Shown here one piece after another: positions 50,404 to 62,097 of a stretch of DNA of 64,000 nucleotides. The notes below the pieces were generated by a model. It saw nothing but the letters and a program-made list of their open reading frames with translations, had not been told where the DNA came from and did no database searches. Origin of the DNA: Ramazzottius varieornatus. Lineage: Eukaryota > Animalia > Tardigrada. The translations under genes were made by a program, and so were the position numbers. Every line of letters begins with the position of its first letter. Positions within the stretch are counted from its first letter, which is position 1. The stretch is from positions 1,085,481 through 1,149,480 of the forward strand of contig BDGG01000002.1 in assembly GCA_001949185.1 (NCBI GenBank), read 5' to 3'.

Positions 50404-51028
50404 TTCCCGTTTCGTTTGCCGACTGCCAAATTGTTGAATTCTTTGTGCGGTGCTGAGCGTCTCTTTTCTTGTCACTCTCCGACGTGTTGAGGAACTTGGT
50501 CCAGAGGCTCGGGAGGTTCAAATCTTTGCCGATAAATTTGCCGAGTCTAATTGGCGTTGGTCAGCTAAGGACACAAACATAGGGAGTAATTAGTGTTGGG
50601 CAGTGCATTAGACCTTGTTGACACATTTAGGAGTCTGTCTGCAATCTGTTTGCAACGAAGTCAGACGACGCACTTACAAGTTTTTACAACACATACTTGG
50701 ACGAAAAAGTGCAGGTCAAAACAAGGGTTAGCACACAGAAAGTAATGTCGCTTGACCAATTGTCAATATCCGCGTGGCACCACTGGATTATCCACCATCA
50801 TCCCCTATAACCAACAGGCATTATCGCACCTGAGCTCCTGGCGCTCAGCTCAAGTGCAAACAACCTGCACGCACCAGCGAAATTCCAACCAAGTAACCAA
50901 ACTAGAAGCTTGTCTTGGGCGTCGAACTCTCGTTAATAAAATTAAGAAAAATAAGAAAAAAACAGTTTCAAAATGGGACGTTGGCGATAATTATTAACTA
51001 TGACAAATCCATCCCGCTCGTCTGTCTG

Positions 51029-51160
51029 AGGTGGCGCATGCTTCTAGTAAATAACCCTAAAAGCCTGCGCCACTTGGAAAAAGGGTTAAAGTGGATATGA
51101 TTGGCATTCCAAGTTGCGCATACTTCTAGCGTGGACTGGTGGTTACCTGCGTCACTTGAA
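51029..51160. repeat. N27 palindromic element, tandem pair (intergenic)
   Basis: Spacers 51039-51065 and 51121-51147, both 27 nt, period 82 bp. Confidence 0.88.
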
Positions 51161-52828
51161 ATAGCATGTTTCTACAGTATACGTACATTACTGCTTTCAT
51201 GCTAGGGATGTTGAACTGAGCAGACAATGGAAAAAGGTAATTAATTGTCCGTTTTAATACCATTGTACGGACGGTAATAAAGGTGTCATAGATGAAGGTG
51301 TGTCGTGAACAAGGCAAGTGAAAGAACGATCGCACACGTAATCATTCAATATACTCCATTGTTTCAATGTGTCAAAAGTCCCACGTTACCTTTGTCCGGT
51401 ACCTCCATTATCACCTCTTTTTGTTGTTACAACACTGTGCACTTGAGAAATAGGGATGGTTCAACTCAAGAAGCTGATCCGCATACTGTATAAGGGACGG
51501 TTAAGAAAGGTTCTCAGGTGGTCCCCACACAAAAACCTCATACGTTACAACCAGAAATAGACCGGGAAAGGGCAGGGGAAGGGAAGGATGGTTATTGGAG
51601 TAGGGGAAGAAGCGTTGGTGGTTCAAGAGAGGTCATGTTGGGATGGCTTGGTCTGTCCTCATTGTCTATGATGGAGGGGAATACAGCTGCAAAAAGTGTA
51701 TCAGATGGACAAGTGTCGACATTGTGCGGACAAGTAGTCCTTCAAGACATACTTGATTGGGTACAATGAGGCTATAAGCCGAGGTTCCAAAAAGTAGAAA
51801 TTAACCAGCTTGCTCCTTGGAGTGTCTCCTCTTGATGGACCATGTGTCCTGCCTACAGTAGAATATCAAACAATCCAGGTCTGAAACAATGCCCCACGAG
51901 GACCCACTCAAAAGTACAGTGTAAGTAGCTTTCTCTGTTTGGATCCAAGGCTATTAGGACCGGGAAGGTATTGTTTCAGCCTGAACTGCGTTTCATCCAT
52001 CATTATGAATTTGATTGTCAGCTTCATCTTCAACTTCAGATGTGCACCCTTATAATATTTGAGCACATAATAAAGCCCGTGGAAAAAAGGGAGCACACCT
52101 TGCTCGTTATTTTCAAGAGTTATCTGTATTAGCGTATTATAAGCTTTTGTTCTGGTACGGTATTTCGCACCTGGCCGTAGCGATCGAGCATTTCCAACGA
52201 TACGCGTACGTAGTTTTGCCGGCATTGCGGTCTACCAGCTGAATTCACTACTTCGTTTCCGAGACATGCCTCTCCAAGCGATCAGATTTCGGATGTTCGT
52301 GAGGCTGGCACCAGTGTCCGACCGGCACGAACAAGTTCAAGAGCTGGTGTGGTCTGAGAATTCCGCATGGAAAGACTCTTGGCTATTGCCAAAGCGTGCA
52401 TCAAGTGGAGCCCTCTTTGCTTCATGTCGAAATCGATGCAGAATTTAGAAAAATGTTTTGTCGAACTTAACGTCTTCGGTACGCACAGTGCGTACACGCA
52501 TACTGTATCGTACGGATGACCAGAGACGGAAGGAGGTATTGTGCAAGAAAACGTTAGAACTGGGACTATCCGAAGGGGCAATAAGCCACGACGCGCTAAA
52601 CATACCGTCGCGTACCCGAGCGCGAAAATGAAACCGAACGATGCAATAGCAGGTTTCGCAAGCGGTCAATCTTGTATTGAAATTCAAGCTTTCCACTTCT
52701 TATCTCATCGCTTTTATTCCCCACCCGCTTTTTGAGGTTCGATTCCTTCACTTTCTTGAAGGCTAAAAGAACGTTACATATTTGACATGAGTGTTTTTTA
52801 CACTGAAATCGGTTATCTGATCAATGTA

Positions 52829-53024
52829 CACGCGCGAAGGGAAGTTTGGAACAGTAAAACGTTTGGAACAGGCGATTCCGAAACAGCGGAACGGATGTTC
52901 GTATGTACCTGTGCAATTCACACCTATGCACTTTTTGACAATTTTCTACGGTTGAATTCTATATTTGCCCTATTTTCCGCCTGTTCCAAACTTTTCATTG
53001 TCCCAAACTTTCCCTTCGTGCGCG
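52829..53024. mobile_element. Tc1/mariner-type MITE (196 bp)
   Basis: Imperfect ~46-bp TIRs C(A/G)CGC(G/A)CGAAGGGAA(A)GTTTGG(A/G)ACA....GTTTGGAACAGGCG, flanked by TA (52827-52828 and 53025-53026). Confidence 0.8.
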
Positions 53025-54257
53025 TACAGCGAGCACAAACACAGATTTCATACAAATGATGAAACTCCTATCTCCCGATTGATAAACCACACTTCAAGTT
53101 TTTTTCCATAATTATTTAACTGCCAGTTAGAGATGTTGGTGTCATTAAGTTTCCGTCGCTACTGCCAACTGCGTCTGACAAGGAAGTTGACTTTCCGGAC
53201 AGGGAAGCACAGAGCTTGTTACGTAAGTTGATTAACTCGCCACTACAAATTGTATCCTGCTGTCAATTGATTGTCCCCACGGTCAGCTTCCCGCGGACTC
53301 ATTAACGCTGCTTACGTCAACCGCTCCTCTCGTCCTTCCACGTGTGGTCCTGTTCCTTCTGTTCCCTTCTGGCCACACTGGTCAACCCAACGACCATCCT
53401 GGGAAATATGTGTTGATGTTAAAAGAGGGCTGGAATTTACATTGGTGTTTGGTATGCACACGTGCAGTATTGATCGAGGCCGCTAATCCAGTACAGTGTA
53501 TGCTGGTTAGTTGTGTGTCGCTTATGAGGAAATTGATTGAATTACTGCTGCTTGGATGGAACGGGACATGCCTCCCTTTCAATGGGGAGAGAAGTGGCTC
53601 AAGGCAGACAATAAACACATCGCCCAACAGTTTGATTGCTGAGGCGGAGTAGTAGCATAATGAACTACCCCAAGCTTTCATGGCCAGTCCACCAAAAAGC
53701 GAGACTATTCGTACAATAATTATTAAGCTCGGCCTTAATGAACTGCAGATCAGCCCCCAACAGCACATAATCGACTTGTTTAATCAACTCCTAATCTCTC
53801 CACCAGCACAAATTTGCAGTGTACCACAGACAATACAATCATTACTTTGTGCTTTATAGACAACTGCACAGCTGTACATTCCAGTAAGAACGCTTGTAAG
53901 AACACTTGAACGAGTGTGGGAATCTTTTGGAAAAAAATTCCCATCGAAAGAAACCTTGCAAAATTTCCGGACTCACTGACCAAGGAATGAGTCGCCGAAC
54001 GCTAGCTTTTGATGACCGGCATCGATGTTTAGTGACAAAACAGAAGCCCGATGTTCCCGTAAAAGACTTGTCCGGGATGATCGAGAAGACCGTCGAAAGC
54101 AATTACGCAAAGTGCTCTATTCGTTTCTTCCATCAGTATTTCCGCACTCTCAAATATTAAGTAGGAGACTCTTTGGAAAACCATATACATGTTGTAGCGA
54201 ACTTTGGTCACTGGTGGTAGTTGGAACGTCAGCTAAAGGACTTTCATCGATGTTGAT

Positions 54258-54342
54258 TTTCAAGTGGCGCACGTATTCGACGTTATTGGCTGATAGCATG
54301 CGCCACTTGGGAAAGCGATCTGGGTAAATTTATTTGCCGACG
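54258..54342. repeat. N27 palindromic element with right tail (intergenic)
   Basis: TTTCAAGTGGCGCA-27 nt (54272-54298)-TGCGCCACTTGGGAAAGCGATCTGGGTAAATTTATTTGCCGACG. Confidence 0.92.
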
Positions 54343-56125
54343 TCGACCCAATTGCCTTTGCGCCGATACTACTTCCTCGTTGCTTGCTTGAATGGGGGCA
54401 CGGTTCATCATGGGTTCGAGAGCCACAAAACTTCGTACTACGATGTTATCAGGTTCAAGAATGTAAACTTTGGAAGGCTTGGAGAATACAGTGTATCAAG
54501 GCATGTCTAAGCTCCGAAGCAAACGGGCAAGTTGAGTGGATTAGCCGAGAAAGCTGTTTGCTCAGTCCTTGCTGGCGTACAATAGACCCAATATTAATAG
54601 TGACTGTTCGTGCCAGCCTGGCCATGCTCCGACACCTTACTTTCAAAATGCAAACCACCGAGCTGTGTGATCGGGTGGATATTTTCCGGTTGAACGCTGC
54701 TCTATGTCGGAACAACAGGCTGTTCTTTATGGTCGTCTTTTATGGAAGGAGCAGAAGAAAAGCCCAAGGTGTAACGGGCGATTTGCAACACTGTGGGAAG
54801 TAATTACACAGCTTCTGCCACACACAGTACAAAGCATAGCAAAACTGTATTTATAATTAATACTGGGAATCCCGGTGTGTTATAGCCGCTTGGCCATGTT
54901 TTACGGACGGTCGGAGTGGAGTATGGATTTCCGGTACGGAGCGATCCTCGCATTTACTTTGCACGAGAGCTCTTGGCCGCTATTCTCTCCATTTCAAACT
55001 GCGAAGGAATGTGTAATATAGACCCTCTTTTAGACAGTGCCAAGTACCCTGCTTCACTTTTCGCCAGATTCATATCACAATATTGCTCCCACTCTAGAGC
55101 TCTTCTCGATGTGAAATCGATCCGTTGGCTGAAATGGAACTCGGAAAACCCAGCGAGAATTCCCACGAAAAACCTGCTCCCATTTCCAGACCTTACCTAC
55201 TGTTACAAAATTACGAAAATCTGGGAAAAAAACCAAAAACCTGCACAAATACTAGGCGACAAAGACAATATTCGGGAAGCCGGAAAACAAAGCACGCAGC
55301 AGATGTTTGCGTACGCTCCAACCCAATAATAACACTAACAAGCGCCACTTTGAAAAATAACTAAAATGAACAAAATTTTTTTTCCAAGTGACGAACGTGC
55401 GCCGCTTAGGATAGCTGATATTATGCGCGTTCCGTTTGCCGACCTCCATTTGACGAAGGCTGACTTCGGGATCTTTTTCAGAACAGCATGATCAACATTG
55501 ATTACACTGTATGACAGTCAGTTCTACGGCTGCCCGATTGACGTATTTTAGCGCGTTTCACGTTTGTTAGACATATGGGCTGGAAATGGCGAAAGAGATG
55601 GCAGGTTCGTGATGGGATGTCGGATAAAGAGTGAAGTGCGTGGAGGTCAGTACTTGGTTTTGTGGCGATTAAATGAAACTGGCGAGCTCTTGGAGATGAG
55701 GATTGACAAGGAGCATCAAGACGTTGGGCGGTAAGAGGCACTCTGGCTCCATGGAGAGCTCAGACCCATTTTGTCCGGGATCAAGTACCCTCTACGCACT
55801 CGGCAGCTAGCAAGATCTTCTCCAAACCTTCCACCGCATTAACTCAACGAACAACTCTTACTGCCCTTCACAAAGTGCAAATCCCCAGCAATCGCGGCTG
55901 TGATGCGTCGGGAGTGTCTCTTCATTCCGGCCGATCGCACGACCACGGCTGATATCTTCTCCACATTATCGATCCCACATCCACGTCTCCGACGGTTCCA
56001 AGCCACTGTTTCAGATCATGCAGTATTTCTTCGTCGACTTTGCTTTTAACATCTAACGTTCATGAATAGGACTAAGGTCCAATAGTTGGTACAAGCGAAA
56101 AATTAGTTCTCAGCATTTGGGGCAT

Positions 56126-56285
56126 CGTCAAATAAAAACCCAGATCGGTATTTTCAACTGGCGCATCTTCCATTGGGATTAGCTGGAAGGGTGCACCACT
56201 TGCATAACCGGGCGAGCTTGCTCTCCCAAGTAGCGCATACTGTCAGTTTACAACAGTCAGAACGTGCACCACTTTCGATGGCGAT
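56126..56285. repeat. N27 palindromic element, tandem pair with left tail (downstream of Nkx2)
   Basis: CGTCAAATAAAAACCCAGATCG..CAACTGGCGCA-26 nt-TGCACCACTTG; CAAGTAGCGCA-27 nt-TGCACCACTTT. Confidence 0.82.
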
Positions 56286-57401
56286 TTCGCCGACGTCTCG
56301 TTTTACAGGATTCAACGGTGTTTCGTTCCGTTATAGACTGTTGAACATTCTGTCATGTGCGCAGTAGTTGCTGGTTTGTGAAGAGATCTAGTTAGGAATG
56401 TGGTAGTCGGCAACGAACGAGGAGAGGAAGAAGGAAGAAAATGAGGGAGAGATTAGGGGAATAGAATAGAGCTACTTGGAGTGATCTGTGAAAAACGGAG
56501 CTGTGGCTGTTTGTGCTCGACAGCTCGCTGTGTGCTAACCGCATTGCGGCTACAATCCCGTGCCTGCAGGCTTGCATATGATATCTGCCATGTTGCATGC
56601 AGGCCACGTTATTGACCAGCCTGACAGCAGTCAGTGGATACAAAGGCGCGGGCTAACGCTGGCTTCCGACAAATTCGATCCATTTCCCTCACAATGGCCG
56701 CCATGTACTCGATCCAGCAATTCCGACAACTTCCTGCAATTGCAGACTACTATTCATCCTCCAGCCAACTGCACATGCAAATGAGTCGTGTTGGAAGTGC
56801 CGCAATGACCTTTCGGCAAGAGTGAAGAGACGTGAAGTACGGCCAAGATGGATATTGAGCAGCTGTTGTGATTGAACTTTCGCTAATTTGATCGTTGGGC
56901 TGAGAGACTTGATGGCGTCTTAAAGCGCAAGCTGGAGCTGAAGTTGCTACTTGCTGACACAAACACCACAAAAACAAGTGCCTATTAATGTCCAATCGTG
57001 AAGGTCTCTTTTTCGAATTTATAATCCAGTTCCAAACTCGTTGATTGTTTACAGACCCCAGTAGGACAAGTGTGGCCTACAAGTTGACTGCGCCTCTTTT
57101 GTACGATGTTTTGCACTGGAATAGTTTATCTTGCTGAGTAAGTGAGGAATGCCAAAGTCGAACAAAATAAAATTGGTAGAATAAAAATAGCATAAGGTAG
57201 AGGTAAGTGAGGAATATTATACATCATCGGGTTGTGGCGTTGTGGAGCAGTTGGTAATTTCATAACTGCTCAGATCGTAACAAGCTTTGATTCGACGCTC
57301 GAGATCGTCCATTGAATTTCCATTTTTTGCTAAACGAATAAAGCCATACTGCATATTCCGTCCGGCTGCGGAATAAGTCAGTGTGAAAATTGGGCTGAGA
57401 T

Positions 57402-60400
57402 CTAGAGTTGGTAGCCATAGCGTGGTAGATATCCAGTTGATTGCGAGGGTGAACAGTAGGTGTTATACGACGATAAGTGTTGATGATGCATTGAATACAA
57501 GGGGTTGACGGCGCTGAGATCATTAAAGGTCATCTGTTTATTAGGGTTGGTGGGTGAAGTATTGGACGCGTCGAGCAGGGCCGCGTTCAGGTTGAGATCG
57601 TTGGCCAACATGGAATGCAGCGAGTCGCTGCTGCTGATGAGGGGCGCCTTGTCCAGCGTGGGATGCGGTGAGGAGGAGGAGGATGAGGCGCAGTCGTTGG
57701 ACTCGGAGTTGTCTTCACCGGTGGCCGCTGTGGTGGCGTTGGTGGCCGAAGGCTGACCCGTCGGCTTGCCGTCTTTGACCAAGACGGGTACAGCGATACG
57801 CCGAGCCGAGGAACCGTTGCCTGATGAGGAGTTGTTGTTAGACGACGACTGCATTTGCTTCTCCTTGTCCTGACGCTTGCATTTGTAACGATGATTTTGG
57901 AACCATATTTTGACCTAGAAAGAATCAGCCTTCTGTTGAATATTTGAAAAACAGATTTTTACAACAAAACTTTTCTGAGACGAGAGCTTTCAGATGATGC
58001 AAACTGGTAAGTAAAAAGGGCATTAATAAAATATCCGTAAAATGGGACGCCAGCAAATGCGTCGAATAATATCGTTTTCCCAAGAGGCGCACACTTCTAG
58101 CCAATAAAACGTCAGCGTGCGCCGGTTTATCTAACAGTCATGTTCGATTCATTTACGGACGTTCTAATCCCTTCTCCAACCATGATTTTCAGCTACCGAA
58201 ATCAAAGAGGTTTATTTTGTAAATTCGAGTATTGTTGTGCAGGAGCGCACAGTTGATTGGTTGAATAAAATCCATGTACGAAAAAGGTCATTGGGTTTTG
58301 GTGGCTGCAGTCTCGATTGTCATTACCTGTGTGGGAGTCAGGTGGATACGTTGAGCAAGCGCTTCGCGTTCCGGTGCCGACAGATATTTATTGCCATTCT
58401 TGAAGCGGTTCTCCAGCTCGTAGACCTGCTGTTGTGAGAAGAGGACGCGTCGCTTCCGGCGCTGGTTGAACTGATGCATTCCCTGTGGCAGCTTTCCATC
58501 TCCCATGCCGGTGGCGCAGCTACCAAAGCCGGCCAGCGAGTTCATGCTCATGTGGTGGTTGGGCGCTCCGTACAGTCGGGACACTTGAGAGGAAAAGACA
58601 GAAAAAACAAGCGCGTTAGACATGGATCGCCTCTTGGTTGCAAAGTCAAGCGTGTTTTCTTAGTGGTACGGTGCAAGAGTGGCGGGTGACCTTTCGGTTA
58701 GTCAAGGACCCTTCTGGCACTGTCGAGCTGTTTGATGAGATTATAGCGTAGAGGGGCGAAACCTATCAATGGCCCAGTTTGTACCCGTCTTTAATCGTTC
58801 CCTTCAAGTGAAGAAGGGTCTTTACATTTCTACTTTATATGTACCACGATATAGAAGTTATGCCGGATGGAAAGCGCTGGTCGATATGGAACAAAGTTGG
58901 AGCACTGTTGACTGGGCCTGACTGGATGTGAAGTTCATCACGGGTGGATTATGTCAAAAGAAGCCATTGTTGTTCAAGGGCTTTGTGTAAACTTTCCTTC
59001 TCTTCATCACGCGTTTCCTACAGTAAAAAGGAGGAACAAACTTTCTTTGACAGACGCGGCCGTAACTGCACAGACTTTGCATGGCTATATATCCCTCAGT
59101 GTTGGAAAGCCGAGCACTCTTGTGGACAAAATTCCGTCCGACGCTTTAGGTTACCGTTTGTCACTGCGCCAGTTCAATTACCGTACCCTAAAAAATTCAA
59201 AATGCTGAAAAGTGGCCTCGTTTGTTTCGTGGCAATAATTAGGGAAAAATTTCAATGTGGTTTCTTTTCGGACTATCTTCAGTGTACTGACAGTTACAAT
59301 TACCACTGGCCAGAATGGTACACTATGGCTTCCCTCGGTTCCGTTTTCCCCCGTCAAAGTTCGGCTACGCCCGAATGGTTCGAGAAGGAACTTATTGGTA
59401 TAGGGCCGGTAAACTACGTAGTGCGATTATCACTTCTCGAATGGACACGGAAAAGGCTTTGGTATGGCGGAAACGCAAGGCAGCGTAACATCGTGTGCCA
59501 TCTCATTTGTACTGGCCTATCCGTTTCTTCGAACGGCTAACAAAAGCGTCCAAAATTGAAGATTGGTACAGTGGACAATGGTAAGAGGCTCCTCATAAAG
59601 AATTTATCCCGAGGCCAAAGTACGGTTTCGGTGGCTGGCTTCGTCTTGCAGCGCATTTGAGCCTCGCTTCAATACAGCTCTCCAATAGAACAGCAATACG
59701 GTTACGCATTACGGAAGCTTATTCCGCATCGTCGATCGCATGACGAAGCAGGAAGACAATGCATGTCACCTTTCTGCTTGATTGTCCATCTCTCAATATG
59801 AAATCAGGTCTTAAACTATACTGTGGCCATTGTGCAATATCATCAAGACACAAATGATTCAAATGATAATTATTTTACTGCCTGTCTCGACGTGGTCGTC
59901 AGTCTCTGTTTAACTAAGCGAGATTAAGCCTACGACGCACACGCAGACAATTAGCGGAGGTGCCATATTTGCCTTGTAGACAAGTCTGGCTAGACCTCTG
60001 TTTTCGACCCAAGTAATTCGGTACAAGATTCGAGGCTCTTGAGGGAAAAATTGTCATGTTGTTCTCTCAATATAATGTTACAGATTAGACGTTCAGGTAC
60101 GGTAGAATATCTAAAACTGGTTTCTGGTATTGAGGCACGCACTCGTATGCGCCAAGTGAGCATGCGTAAGCTGCAGCGATACCATCATTACCTGCAACCA
60201 ATCTGTTTGTCGTCGTGTCTCTAAACTCCACCTAATTTCGGCCGAAACAGACGACCTCATCCTCCCACAAATAGCGAGAAAATACCCTGAACAAAGCTTC
60301 AGTATCAAAAACACAAAGCCCAAATAATCGAGGCTGGGGTGTAAGATGTGACATCGTTCTCTCAAGTGACGCACTTTTTCACTGTTATCGACTGAGAGAG

Positions 60401-61278
60401 TGCGCCACTGAAGATGTTGATCTTGTATGTTACGTCTTTCCAAAGTATTCCGCGCCATGACGGGACTGGTTACGGACTTTTTGGGAATGCTCCAAAAACA
60501 TTACAGTTGTTTTTAACGAGAAGTCTGAAGCGAAGGCTTAGCGGGTTCATGGTTGTGATGGCGATTTGACCTGTTTTCACCGCTGAAGAGGAAGTTGGTA
60601 TTTCTTGAAGAAAAATAATGCTGAGGTTTGGTTGTTGTTTTTAGTGCGTAAAGAGAGTAGCAACCTGTACTTGACAGCAGTGAAGCTACTGTGGTACATT
60701 GTGTCTGGCAGATATGGAGACGTTGCTGTTTTTGGTCGACGAGTGTATGGCCCCTGTTTACCTTTGACCAAAACTCTCCATGAGAAAATTATATGTTTAC
60801 CGAAGAGAAGACAGCTATAGTACAACCTCTTCCAACAATGTGGTACCGTACCATACGGCACCATTTTAAAAAAATGTCTCACTATCGTTTTAGATTTCTA
60901 ATGGAGGGGGGGGGAGGAATATTCGTATTCTTGGAATTGTTGGGCGATGTCCAGAAAAGAGACGCTTCGCCACCGGCGAACCAAGGCTTTTTACTACGAT
61001 CAGTTGGACTTACTGAATCTGGGGTCAGCCGATGCGGTGGATCCATACCATCCGGCGGAAGCCGAGCCGGCCATCGGTCTCATGACGGAGGATGTGGGGT
61101 CGCCATAGATGGAATGGTGGTTGGCGGCGGCCGTGGTGAAGTCGCTGGTGGAGGAGTAGGTGCCCGCTTGCGAGCCAAATTGGTGGGCCGAAGCTTGGCT
61201 CAACTGCGAGCCCATGTTGGGCATGCCGTAAGCGGCGGCCAGCGCGGCCGAATGGTGGTGATGATGGCCGGGGTTCAT
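57402..61278 (-). CDS. NKX2-1: NK2.1/scarecrow-class homeobox transcription factor, 3 coding exons (61278-61014, 58583-58327, 57914-57402)
   Basis: Homeodomain '[45 protein letters not shown]|[15 protein letters not shown]' (NK2-type Tyr54); NK2-specific domain '[14 protein letters not shown]'; upstream 'GWYG..ADPRF|MSRL' as in Nkx2.1. The start codon is inferred and an additional 5' exon is possible. Confidence 0.88.
58071..58126. repeat. N27 palindromic element (Nkx2 intron 2)
   Basis: ATCGTTTTCCCAAGAGGCGCA-26 nt (58092-58117)-TGCGCCGGT. Confidence 0.78.
60352..60423. repeat. N27 palindromic element (Nkx2 intron 1)
   Basis: CATCGTTCTCTCAAGTGACGCA-27 nt (60374-60400)-TGCGCCACTGAAG..GATCT. 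Confidence 0.82.
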
Positions 61279-61982
61279 AGTGCTCGCTGTAAGAAGGCGA
61301 CTTGCGGGTGAAGAAGGGTCTCACCGGAACTGAAGAAGGGAGGTGAAGGACTATCGACGAGGAGAGAATCGAGTGAAGAGTAAGTAATGGCAAGTAGTGG
61401 TGCTCACTCTGAAGGCAAAAGTAGACTTGTGCGGGCCTCTCAACGTGATAGTGAAGGACAATAGACAGGTATTGGCGCAAGTGGCAACAAGTAGGTCTCG
61501 ATGCCTACTTTCCAACTCTAAGTCCAACGTTGAGCTGCTGTTCGAAGGCGAATGACTAAAGACTAAAAATGAATGTGCTCGAAAAGACCAAGAAGATGTG
61601 TCGATGGGTGAAACGTTGAACTGGCATCATGAAGTGATGCTCAAGGAACAAAACATGGAGGAGAAAGAGGTGGGTCAGGAGAGGGGCAAAAGGGGGCTTG
61701 GAGTCGACTTGAGGCTGACTCGAGGAACCTCCATGCTTTTAGGCCAGCCTCTCGCCCTCTCGCTTCCCGTTTGATGATGGTTAACCCTCGACAAATTCAA
61801 CGATGACAGTCTGATAGCCAGCAAGGGCTCCTTGAAGCACTTGGGTGTAGGCTGTTGTATGGGTATCCGCCTGTACTTGATGCCACGAAGAGTACGTCGC
61901 TTGGTGGACCCTCCTTCCTGTCTTTGATGGCCTGGGCTTGGGCAGCTGATGGACTACGATATCAATCAAACGATCAGGAACG

Positions 61983-62097
61983 CCAATACGGGCCAGTGAA
62001 GGGCGGGGCAACGGTTTCCATTGGCCGAAGGCCATCAGAACCGATTGTGATTGGGCGGCCGACATGCGCAACATGCTAAGACTTCCACTTGCATTGG
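61983..62097 (-). promoter_or_regulatory. Candidate Nkx2.1 promoter (CCAAT/GC-box cluster)
   Basis: CCAAT at 61983, GGGCGGGG at 62001, and ATTGG at 62020, 62050 and 62093, all within 115 bp and ~0.7 kb upstream of the inferred ATG. Confidence 0.35.

Noticed and set aside
58944-59540. 198-aa plus-strand ORF inside Nkx2.1 intron 1
   Set aside because: Non-ATG start, no recognisable domain, composition like non-coding DNA.
481-60423. N27 repeat-spacer units as a CRISPR array or integron attC cassette array
   Set aside because: Eukaryotic intron-rich context. Units are dispersed singly or in pairs, spacers share a common ancestor instead of being unique captures, and no cas or integrase gene is present.
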